Shown here in pieces: positions 1-7,608 of a stretch of DNA of 50,419 nucleotides. Source of the stretch: a virus; IMG/VR virus record IMGVR_UViG_3300045199_000074, one strand, 5' to 3'. A program made the translations under genes and the position numbers. The notes beneath the pieces are model-generated. The model had not been told where the DNA came from and did no database searches. It saw only the letters and a program-made list of their open reading frames with translations. The number at the start of each line of letters is the position of its first letter. Position 1 is the stretch's first letter.

Positions 1-146
1 TTTTTCTGAGGTCCGTGTTCGACCAGTTGAATGCGACCGACCGACGCTTCGAATACAGGGGAGCTTGCCACGAAATCGTTCTCGCGCTCTTCCCACGTTT
101 TCTTCCACTTAAGCTTGAGTTCTATCTTTTCCGGTTCGTCTGTCAT
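1..146 (-). CDS. Partial hypothetical protein running off the left edge, probably SOS-regulated
   Basis: Not in the ORF track. ATG at 146 with an AGGAG RBS. Reads MTDEPEKIELKLKWKKTWEERENDFVASSPVFEASVGRIQLVEHGPQK, open to the window edge. Confidence 0.7.
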   Translation of the reverse strand, partial: MTDEPEKIELKLKWKKTWEERENDFVASSPVFEASVGRIQLVEHGPQK

Positions 147-195
147 CAGATTTGCTCTCCTGTCCATTTTGACAGGAGTCATACGCCGTTCATTA

Positions 196-210
196 GAACA
201 TATCAAGAAC
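196..210 (-). promoter_or_regulatory. Alphaproteobacterial LexA (SOS) box
   Basis: GAACatatcaaGAAC on +, which is GTTC-N7-GTTC on -, about 50 bp upstream of the ATG at 146. Confidence 0.65.
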
Positions 211-308
211 GCTTGTTATCAGGTTTAATTTGAGACAATCCGTTCATTTCGCTTATTTTCAAAGCAGTCAATTTTATGATCGTTTTTTATGCCAGTCATT
301 CAAATTTG

Positions 309-323
309 ACATGGCATCTATGC
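309..323 (+). promoter_or_regulatory. Candidate LysR-type (LsrB/VtlR-like) site upstream of DUF1127 gene 1
   Basis: ACATGGCATCTATGC, 71 nt before the ATG at 395. It is 12/15 identical to the site upstream of DUF1127 gene 2. Confidence 0.5.
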
Positions 324-394
324 ACTTTATTCCGTAGATAAAAGTGGCAACTAAGCCCAATTATTAACAAACAAATTCTTTTGGGAGAAATTAA

Positions 395-532
395 ATGAAT
401 TTACGTAAAAAAATACATCAATATATAAATCGACGTCGCGCAATGCGTCAATTGACCCAGCTGGATGATCATCTCCTTGCTGATATTGGTATATCTCGAT
501 CTCAAATTGAAAGCGTCATTGACGGCAGATAA
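395..532 (+). CDS. DUF1127 (YjiS-like) small protein, 45 aa
   Basis: Not in the ORF track. MNLRKKIHQYINRRRAMRQLTQLDDHLLADIGISRSQIESVIDGR has the RRxxxxLxxLxDxxLxDIGxxR signature. GGGAG RBS. Confidence 0.9.
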   Translation: MNLRKKIHQYINRRRAMRQLTQLDDHLLADIGISRSQIESVIDGR

Positions 533-549
533 ATCCAACGTATCTAATT

Positions 550-587
550 ATAATAACGCCATGATTACTCAGTCATGGCGTTATTAT
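550..587. terminator. Bidirectional terminator between the convergent DUF1127 genes
   Basis: ATAATAACGCCATGA-ttactcag-TCATGGCGTTATTAT, a perfect 15-bp inverted repeat. Confidence 0.8.
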
Positions 588-598
588 TGATAGCTTAT

Positions 599-745
599 TC
601 ATCTGATTTTCGTTTGCTTTGCGACATTTGGAATGTCAAATCTTGAGATTCCCAGATCGCTAAGCTCTCTGTTGGAAAGAGATTCCAATTCATTTACCGT
701 ATCCCGGTAACGTCGCCAGTTATGGTAAGCTTTCATAAATTTCAT
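599..745 (-). CDS. DUF1127 small protein, 48 aa
   Basis: Not in the ORF track. MKFMKAYHNWRRYRDTVNELESLSNRELSDLGISRFDIPNVAKQTKIR is a classic rhizobial DUF1127 pattern. AAGGA RBS. Confidence 0.9.
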   Translation of the reverse strand: MKFMKAYHNWRRYRDTVNELESLSNRELSDLGISRFDIPNVAKQTKIR

Positions 746-814
746 TTCACGATTCCTTCTTTTTCTACAATATATAAATAATGGAACCTTAGCCGTAATT
801 GAATAAACGATTAC

Positions 815-829
815 GCATAACTGCCTTGT
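815..829 (-). promoter_or_regulatory. Candidate LysR-type (LsrB/VtlR-like) site upstream of DUF1127 gene 2
   Basis: Gene-sense ACAAGGCAGTTATGC, 69 nt before the ATG at 745. Confidence 0.5.
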
Positions 830-880
830 GATAATTCCATGGGTGCTCAGAAATAATCAATTTCAAGACTATATTTATAG

Positions 881-940
881 GAATACAAACACCCTTTACA
901 TGACAAGACGGTTTTTGTCATGTAAAGGGTGTTTGTATTC
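881..940. repeat. Perfect 26-bp inverted repeat, candidate AbiEi operator
   Basis: GAATACAAACACCCTTTACATGACAA-gacggttt-TTGTCATGTAAAGGGTGTTTGTATTC. The core CATGACA..TGTCATG recurs at 1100-1124 and 1153-1177. Confidence 0.85.
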
Positions 941-1099
941 ATTTAGATATTGGAGAGCTTCATAATTGGTTTTGAATATGAAATCAACATCGCAAATTAC
1001 GAATTTTATTTTTTCTGATTTTATCGCATTTTATTTTTGAGGGGGTCACTTGCAAGCGCTGCCGCTACCTTCATTATTGAACTGGTATCCGCTCTTTTG

Positions 1100-1177
1100 T
1101 ATGACAGACATCAACAGTGTCATGTAAAGGGGGCAAATGTCTTGTCAAAAACCATGACAGATGCTAAAATTGTCATG
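1100..1177. promoter_or_regulatory. Two palindromic operators (C/T)ATGACA-N11-TGTCATG immediately upstream of abiEi
   Basis: TATGACA-gacatcaacag-TGTCATG (1100-1124) and CATGACA-gatgctaaaat-TGTCATG (1153-1177). AbiEi antitoxins are known to autorepress through inverted repeats. Confidence 0.65.
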
Positions 1178-1190
1178 GAAAGGGAGCGTA

Positions 1191-1871
1191 ATGACTACTC
1201 GATCAATTGCGTTAGAATTGTTGAAAGCTGCTGATGGCCCCATGACAATGGCTGATCTTAAGGCACATGGCGTCACAAAAACTATTATGCGATCTCTTAT
1301 TCGGTCAAATGAAGTTGAGAACCCTGCATGGGGCGTCTATAGGCTAACTTCTTTTGAGACCAATGTTCATTCCGATTGGGCGCTGGTTGCTAAAAAATAC
1401 CCAAAATCCGTAATTTGCCTGCTTTCAGCAGCTTCATTTCACAATATGACACAGGAGCTTCCGGGGAAATTATCTGTCGCTGTCCCAAGGGAGATGGGTG
1501 GTAGTCCTTCTATGGGTGTAAACCACTGGATGCTTGAGATCGATACGTTGATGTGGCGAAATCCTGAAATGCTCGAACTCGGTGTTGAAGATCATTTGAT
1601 TGACGGAGTTAAAGTCAGAATCACTTCTCCCGAAAGAACGCTCGTTGATTTATTTCGTTACAGTACGTTTAATCCAAGCATGCGGACTGATCAGGTTAGA
1701 ATTACTGATGAAATGTTCTTGGAATCTCTTGATCGAACGAACTCCGAAAACATGGAACATTTCTCTTTCGATACCGTTGCTGCAATAGCTCGTACATTTA
1801 AATGTTATGATGCATTGCGGCCATACACGAAGACTGTTCGCTACGTTAGATCTGAAATTCCATCATTCTAA
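1191..1871 (+). CDS. abiEi: Type IV TA system antitoxin, AbiEi family
   Basis: N-terminal wHTH ending WGVYRL, plus VICLLSAASFH and VRITSPERTLVDLFR motifs. Start placed at ATG 1191 after AGGGAG. Confidence 0.88.
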   Translation: MTTRSIALELLKAADGPMTMADLKAHGVTKTIMRSLIRSNEVENPAWGVYRLTSFETNVHSDWALVAKKYPKSVICLLSAASFHNMTQELPGKLSVAVPREMGGSPSMGVNHWMLEIDTLMWRNPEMLELGVEDHLIDGVKVRITSPERTLVDLFRYSTFNPSMRTDQVRITDEMFLESLDRTNSENMEHFSFDTVAAIARTFKCYDALRPYTKTVRYVRSEIPSF

Positions 1872-1937
1872 AAACTTGTTTTTACAAACTTGTTTATTTC
1901 ATCGCCGTCTCTCACCATGGTTTTCAGGAGTGAAGAT

Positions 1938-2867
1938 ATGGCCGAAACGAAAAATATTGGAGCAAGCGTATATGATAAACTGAAAGCCCAGGCGAAAGCG
2001 TCTGGACTTGATATGCAGTCGCTTGTTCGGTTGTATGCACAGCAACGCCTGCTTTATAGAATTTCAATTTGTGACGCAGCCTCTAGTTTCTGTCTTAAGG
2101 GCGGGCTTATGTTAGCTGCTTACAATAATGGCGATGTATTGCGCCCCACTGAGGATATAGACTTCAATGGATTTGGTGAAGGCGGAATAGAAGAGATCGA
2201 GAAGACCATAAGACTGGCAATATCTACACCAGTTCCAGATGATGGCGTCACTTTTGACATCGATACGATGAAGACGCTGAAAGATCGTGAGGGGATTATT
2301 CCAGGCGGTAAAGTCGTGCTGACAGGCAAGGTTCATACTGCTCGCATTCAGATACGTGTAGATGTTGGTTTTAGAAACGTCATTACACCTGATGCAATGC
2401 CTATGGAGATACCGACATTATTGCCTGATGTTGTGCCTTGTCCTGTTATTGCTGGCTATCCGCTCGAAACAATCATTTCAGAAAAATTGCATGCTATAGC
2501 GCAATTCGGAAATGATAACACGCGGCATAAGGACTATTATGATATCTGGCGCATACAATCTTTGTATGAGATCGAAGGACGTATTCTTTCTCGGGCGATA
2601 ACAAATACGTTTGAAAACCAAGGGCGATCTATCGATCCTGGTATGCCTGGCTTATCGGATGATTTTGGTGTTGAAAACGAACGTGCATGGCGTGCATTCC
2701 TGCGAAAGACTAATCTTAAAGATGACGTGTCTCTCGTCAACGTTATCGCAGAAATGCGTGAGTTTTTAGTCCCAGCAATGTCCGAAGACATCGCTGTAGA
2801 CGCAAAATGGGTGCCAAACGAAGGTTGGGATGGCTTAGGCCCCAACCACCATTTTACTTTTAGGTAG
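1938..2867 (+). CDS. abiEii: Type IV TA toxin, AbiEii/AbiGii nucleotidyltransferase
   Basis: FCLKGG, RPTEDIDF, ETIISEKLHA and NTRHKDYYD motifs. Start at ATG 1938 after AGGAG. Confidence 0.9.
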   Translation: MAETKNIGASVYDKLKAQAKASGLDMQSLVRLYAQQRLLYRISICDAASSFCLKGGLMLAAYNNGDVLRPTEDIDFNGFGEGGIEEIEKTIRLAISTPVPDDGVTFDIDTMKTLKDREGIIPGGKVVLTGKVHTARIQIRVDVGFRNVITPDAMPMEIPTLLPDVVPCPVIAGYPLETIISEKLHAIAQFGNDNTRHKDYYDIWRIQSLYEIEGRILSRAITNTFENQGRSIDPGMPGLSDDFGVENERAWRAFLRKTNLKDDVSLVNVIAEMREFLVPAMSEDIAVDAKWVPNEGWDGLGPNHHFTFR

Positions 2868-4022
2868 CATTACAACATTATCTTTGAAGGACTTGTTAAG
2901 GTCATCAGCTTCGTCTGTGGTAAGAGGATGGAATTTTGCGATTTGATTATCGTCAATGCGCCTCTTTACTTCGCTTTCGACAAAAGTCCTTCGTCCTTTT
3001 GCATTAAAGCGGTCATCCATGAATTTTGACGACAGCTTTATCGTGAAGACAATGTCTTCCTTCTTCTTTCCAGAATAGATTTCTTTCTTTTCGATGCTGT
3101 CGATGATGCTATCAATCTCGCTTAGCTCACAACCTATTTTCTGCAACGAATCCAAGGCTTTTTCAACCTCTGTCAAAGAGGCTCTCCAGCGTTTGCGAAT
3201 GTGTCCGAAGGATCTAGCGATTTCACCAGCGGAAAGTTCGATTGTGTGGCTCTCGTCCGTTGTGTCGGCTAGCATCAAAGAAATGTATTTGAATATCCAA
3301 CGAGCGAGTGAACCTTTTACCTGCATCATCCAGTCGTAGTTAATCTGCTCGAATGCCAGCGACTTGATTGCTTGTACGAGAAGCGGATTAAGTTGTACCG
3401 ATGCGGTGCTTTCTGGGTCCGTGACATCAGAAAACTTCAAAACTGGATAAGCCGCTGCCGCAAGTATGGGCTTGGGCTTCCGACTGCCTTCTTCAACGAT
3501 TTTTGTGATCTCGATGTTGCTCTTATTCAGGATAATGAGCGCTTCCTTGATCTCTTGTTTGTTAAATGTATGGCCGTGTCGCTTAAGCTCACGATGAATG
3601 GCATAGATCGAAAACGGAATTTCAATCTGGTCCTGATGGACTTTCATGCAATCTGCGGCCATTCTCCGGATAACGTCTTCAACGAGCTGTTCGCGCTCAC
3701 CAGGTAGCTCGTCACGTTCACTGCCATCGGCTTGGATTACACGCGCAGGGCTAACTGTTACGCGATAAGGTTCACCATTGAATGTGAAGTCCTTCTTAAT
3801 GGCAACTAAGTACGCGGTATCATCTGGACGCTCGACACGGCTTACAAAGCGCGGAGCCAGATCATAAAGTGCGGTGCAATTGGTTTGGTTCTGTTCGAGC
3901 AGAGAGAACAGTGACGTCTGGAGATATTCATTCATTTCGCGTTTATCTCTCTTTGCTTTAGAAGCAGAAAGAATTTTGACGTTACTTTTGAGCGCCAACT
4001 CATTCGCAAATTGATTTCCCAT
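2835..4022 (-). CDS. repA: Plasmid replication initiator RepA, IncA/C-RepA-like family
   Basis: Motifs match the IncA/C RepA pattern as I recall it: NCTALYDLAPRF, GEREQLVEDVIRRMA, FSIYAIHRELKRHGHTFNKQEIKEAL, VQLNPLL..I..LAFEQINY, SLARWIFK. An iteron array is adjacent. Confidence 0.8.
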   Translation of the reverse strand: MGNQFANELALKSNVKILSASKAKRDKREMNEYLQTSLFSLLEQNQTNCTALYDLAPRFVSRVERPDDTAYLVAIKKDFTFNGEPYRVTVSPARVIQADGSERDELPGEREQLVEDVIRRMAADCMKVHQDQIEIPFSIYAIHRELKRHGHTFNKQEIKEALIILNKSNIEITKIVEEGSRKPKPILAAAAYPVLKFSDVTDPESTASVQLNPLLVQAIKSLAFEQINYDWMMQVKGSLARWIFKYISLMLADTTDESHTIELSAGEIARSFGHIRKRWRASLTEVEKALDSLQKIGCELSEIDSIIDSIEKKEIYSGKKKEDIVFTIKLSSKFMDDRFNAKGRRTFVESEVKRRIDDNQIAKFHPLTTDEADDLNKSFKDNVVMLPKSKMVVGA

Positions 4023-4088
4023 TGATTACTCTCCGTATGAGCAGCGTTCATAAATAGATCCGTCACGACTTGCAAGTAGAATCTACAA

Positions 4089-4931
4089 GCGCTCTTTATA
4101 CCTACCTATGCGCCTCTTAAACCTACCTACTAGGACATACGAAATACGTTCATATACATCGAAGCGCCTCTTAAACCTACCTCGTTTACAGAAACTTCGA
4201 TTTGAAATTGTTAACCCGATTCTTCTCGAATCCGAAATCTAGAAAGGGCTTGTTGGTCGTATTGCACAGGTAATCGGCCTTCTGCCCCTTATACCTACCT
4301 ATAATCGACCCTAAGAAGTGCCAAGTGCTCCTTAAACCTCCCTATCTGGAATGCTTTTAGTGACACTCCAGATCGTAATCCGAATCATCTGCCTCTTACA
4401 CCTTCCCATTTTTGCTGGATTTCACTCTCTTTTCGCTAAGTGCTCCTTAAACCTACCTATTTGGTCCCCGATCACCGTGTTTCATTATGTCATTCGATAT
4501 GGTTGAGTTGTTTTATAATCCGAGTTGATGGTGATTTTGGCTTCTGAACTGGTTCCCGCCTCTAATACCTCCCCACTCCGCTTTGCATCTTATGGGGATC
4601 GACATTAAGTGCCTGCAATCCCTGCCCATCAAATGGACCGTTATACTCTCAATGAGGCGAAGTGCCTCTTATTCCACCTGGATATGTCCTGACATGCTTC
4701 TAAAACCTACCCTCCCAGGTCCTTTTCAGGCAGCAGTCGAGGTTACCTGCTTCTTTGACCGTCCTAACATGCGGGCAACATGTTCGTTAGCCTATGCGCT
4801 TCTTAAACCTACCTAAGTAATTGGATTCATGAGGCATCGAAAAAGCTTTGTGCCTCTTAAACCTACCTGCGACCCATCAAAAAAATGCATCCTGCACGTT
4901 AAACCTACCCGTGTGCTCGCAATTCCACCCG
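4089..4931 (+). repeat. Iteron array / replication origin: about 15 direct 19-bp repeats, consensus GYGCCTCTTAAACCTACCT
   Basis: Copies start at 4089, 4110, 4164, 4282, 4325, 4389, 4440, 4556, 4609 (degenerate), 4662, 4694, 4796, 4850, 4892 and 4913 (degenerate). All have the same orientation and lie upstream of repA. Confidence 0.88.
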
Positions 4932-5014
4932 ATGACTCTTGCGATAAGAATCGGGTAACCATCTTGGCCAATTCTGTAACGACTCATAAGGAATAGCTGA
5001 GATGCAAATTCGCT

Positions 5015-5087
5015 AAAAAAAGAAGCCCGATGTGTTGGAGCACATCAGGCTTCTTCTAATCGGGTTGGGTTTTGACCACCACTTGCA
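5015..5087 (-). ncRNA. Candidate counter-transcribed RNA (ctRNA) antisense to the leader of the 5218 gene
   Basis: Minus-strand promoter TTGCTC(5122-5117)-N17-TAAATT(5099-5094). A 14-bp terminator stem at 5021-5054 is followed by a U-run on the minus strand, and its single C-A mismatch becomes G-U only on that strand. Confidence 0.55.
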
Positions 5088-5217
5088 GGTCGAAATTTAT
5101 CCCACTGATCATTGTAGAGCAAGCACTTTCGGTCTTTCCGAGAGCATATTTTTTTGTGCCTTGAGGCCTGTTGCTTGTAATGAACGGAGCGCTTTTGCGT
5201 CTCTGGAAGGTGGAGCT

Positions 5218-6357
5218 ATGTCTGTAACCTTACCATTGGAAGTAGAGCCTTACATCATTAAAGGTTCGCCTGCAGATAGTTTGCGTGCGGTTACCGCAGC
5301 CGCAGAACGTGGCGAGTTCGGATTTGAGATCGTTGCAAAACTGGCATCCGTAATCGCTCGTGGCGTTGAACCTCGTTTCGCTAAAACGAAGCCTATTCCT
5401 CTCTATGTCCTCGAATATCTTCGTCAACATCAAGATAAAATGCCTCCGACGCAAACAATCTGGGTTGGTGTACGTGATGGTTTGTGGTCAGAAGATGTTG
5501 CAATTGCTTTTTGTGAAAACCAGGCAGTTTTGAGCGAAACTAAAAGGAAGCCTGTTCCGCGTGGCGTGTATCTTACGAGAAACCGTCGCAAGAACCGCAT
5601 ATTACCAAAAGTTGATGGACGATTTGTTCCAAAAATGTCTCTTGAAGCTCTTTTGGAAGGGCGTGTACGCGATGGCGCAAAAACTTGTCTCGCGTTACTG
5701 CTTTCATTAGCTGGCAAGTCCAACGTTTTGATTACGTGGACTTCAGCGATAGCCACACAGCTTGGCAGATGTGCACGGACAATACGAAATTATTTCATAG
5801 AACTTGAAGATTCTGGATTGATCCAACGCAAGCCTGGGAAAGAACCTAATACGGTAGAGATCACATTCTCTCCTGCATGTCGGCCGGAACCTTATCAAGA
5901 ACCCTTAGACATTAAAGCCTTCAAACTCGCGAGAAGGACGTCGAACACTGTTCTTCGGCATTTGGCTGATACATTGACTTTAATGTCTTGGAAGGAACAT
6001 GAGGAAGAACTATGCCCATATGGGGGGCGGAAAGAAATTTCCGCCTTTAACTCAGAATCTTATCTGAATCGGAAAACTGACACAGCTTCAGTTACTCGTA
6101 GTGGCGTAACAACCCATTCTACTAATAGCACTACACGTCCAAAATCCTTCTTCAGGAAACTTAGGCAAACTGTAATTAGGCCTAAGTCGCAAAAAAAGAA
6201 TGAAGGATCTATGGTTGTGGCAACGAACCATATCAGTTCGCATTCTGAAGTATGCGAGCAGTTTGAAGACAATTTTGGACCACTTAGGGAAGCGGTACCG
6301 ATTAGGCTTTTGAATGACACGGTCTCAAATCAGGAACCATCACGACAAGCTTATTGA
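5218..6357 (+). CDS. Winged helix-turn-helix protein, possible second replication initiator or regulator
   Basis: GAKTCLALLLSLA...TSAIATQLGRCARTIRNYFIELEDSGLI is an HTH_36/replication-protein-like wHTH. Start at ATG 5218 after GGTGGAG. The C-terminus is low-complexity. Confidence 0.6.
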   Translation: MSVTLPLEVEPYIIKGSPADSLRAVTAAAERGEFGFEIVAKLASVIARGVEPRFAKTKPIPLYVLEYLRQHQDKMPPTQTIWVGVRDGLWSEDVAIAFCENQAVLSETKRKPVPRGVYLTRNRRKNRILPKVDGRFVPKMSLEALLEGRVRDGAKTCLALLLSLAGKSNVLITWTSAIATQLGRCARTIRNYFIELEDSGLIQRKPGKEPNTVEITFSPACRPEPYQEPLDIKAFKLARRTSNTVLRHLADTLTLMSWKEHEEELCPYGGRKEISAFNSESYLNRKTDTASVTRSGVTTHSTNSTTRPKSFFRKLRQTVIRPKSQKKNEGSMVVATNHISSHSEVCEQFEDNFGPLREAVPIRLLNDTVSNQEPSRQAY

Positions 6358-6418
6358 ATAGCTGGAACCATGTTTTTTTTGAAAACCACAAGTAACGGTG
6401 CTCTATCATTGAAAAGGT

Positions 6419-7273
6419 TTACATTCTTGGTGTCGCTAAAGCCTCCGGCCTTTCCTTGACTACGGGGCCCTTACCTTCTGTCCAAGAGATCAGATCTTCG
6501 ACGGTAAACCATCCGTAATTAGCCGTGTCCGATCTCGGATTGAGAAAAAAGACAACTTCATGATTTGTAGACTTCTTCTCCTCAACAGAGGCACGTCGTG
6601 GTGCAAGGGCAAAATATGCAAATTCTGGGCGATCACTGACTGTGGCGAGGATTTCGTGTATGCCAGTAGCTTCAGCCGCTGAAGCCAAGCTATGTGCTTC
6701 CAGATGCGCATTAAGAACGTCATCCTTAACCGATTGAGGAACCAATGATGGAATAGACAAGTTAAGACCGCCGCCGCCGAACGGGTTATTTCTTCCCCCC
6801 ATATGCGCAGCAAAATCTCCAGAAAGAATGGCCTTATGTAGTTGCTTGATGAACGACCGGGTTTCGTCTGAAAATCCAATTACTTCGAAACCTCCACTGT
6901 TGAAAGCCCCACTCATTTTAGTTTCTGATCTGGTGTCACTTCGACCTTGAGACTTTTCATCAGGATATCCAAACCGAAGTCTTGTGACTTTCCCCTTTTG
7001 TTTGGTAGATCTACGATCAGCAGAGTTCCACTCGAAGTATGTTTCCGTTTTTGAAGTTAATACGGACAACCTTTCGGCTCGCTGTTTGGTGATGTCTTGT
7101 TGAGACATCGTGTATCGATCAAGACCGTCTTTCTCTTCAACTGGTGCATCAAGGAACATATAAATACGATTGATCCCATGTTCGTGTTCGGCGCAATGAT
7201 CCGCCGCTAGATGGATAGCATAAGGTTTTTCATTATCGTCTTTTATCAAATAGACATTTTGAGCTCGTCTCAT
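6419..7273 (-). CDS. Hypothetical protein
   Basis: Long ORF. Start placed at ATG 7273 after GGAGAG. C-terminal motif FFLNP..NYGWFTVEDL..W.EGKGP looks conserved. Confidence 0.7.
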   Translation of the reverse strand: MRRAQNVYLIKDDNEKPYAIHLAADHCAEHEHGINRIYMFLDAPVEEKDGLDRYTMSQQDITKQRAERLSVLTSKTETYFEWNSADRRSTKQKGKVTRLRFGYPDEKSQGRSDTRSETKMSGAFNSGGFEVIGFSDETRSFIKQLHKAILSGDFAAHMGGRNNPFGGGGLNLSIPSLVPQSVKDDVLNAHLEAHSLASAAEATGIHEILATVSDRPEFAYFALAPRRASVEEKKSTNHEVVFFLNPRSDTANYGWFTVEDLISWTEGKGPVVKERPEALATPRM

Positions 7274-7469
7274 ATTTCTCTCCACTTTCATATAAGGTAA
7301 TAATAATGGCTTTAATCGCAATTTTCTAGGCGAATGTCTTATTGCTAGCCAACATCCTATTTTGATACAGGTTGCTATTTCAGAGAACCGAAACTACAAG
7401 ATACCAGATAGCCATATTTTTTTATGTTAAGCCCTTGCCAACTTAGTTTCAAATAGACACCATTGAAGA

Positions 7470-7557
7470 TGTAGTGCTGGACAATGGACGTTGTTAGTGC
7501 TTCACCGATGGCATGGCCTTGGCAACTTCATTGTTGTCAGGGCCTCTTCTTTTATTT
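7470..7557 (+). ncRNA. Candidate small RNA or terminated leader
   Basis: Promoter TTGCCA(7435)-N17-CACCAT(7458), a 5' G-U-rich hairpin, and terminator GGCCTTGGCAAC-ttcatt-GTTGTCAGGGCC followed by a U-rich tail (7515-7557). Confidence 0.45.
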
Positions 7558-7608
7558 GTGGCTTACAACGCTGCTCCTTAAAATCGTAGTATTGATAGGA
7601 GACGGGCC

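Noticed and set aside
15-233. Plus-strand ORFs 15-233 and 31-228
   Set aside because: They shadow a minus-strand gene that has a good RBS and a LexA box.
4046-4060. GTTC-N7-GATC upstream of repA as a LexA box
   Set aside because: It has one mismatch in a short motif, so a chance occurrence is likely.
4583-4816. 77-aa ORF within the origin
   Set aside because: It is a chance translation of iteron DNA, with a TTG start and no RBS.
4089-4931. Repeat-spacer pattern read as a CRISPR array
   Set aside because: The repeats are only 19 bp, degenerate and non-palindromic. Spacers range from 2 to 99 bp, no cas genes are present, and the position beside repA fits iterons.
5032-5217. N-terminal extension of the wHTH ORF from GTG 5032
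   Set aside because: The start lies inside a hairpin with no RBS. ATG 5218 has GGTGGAG, and the region reads better as a structured leader.
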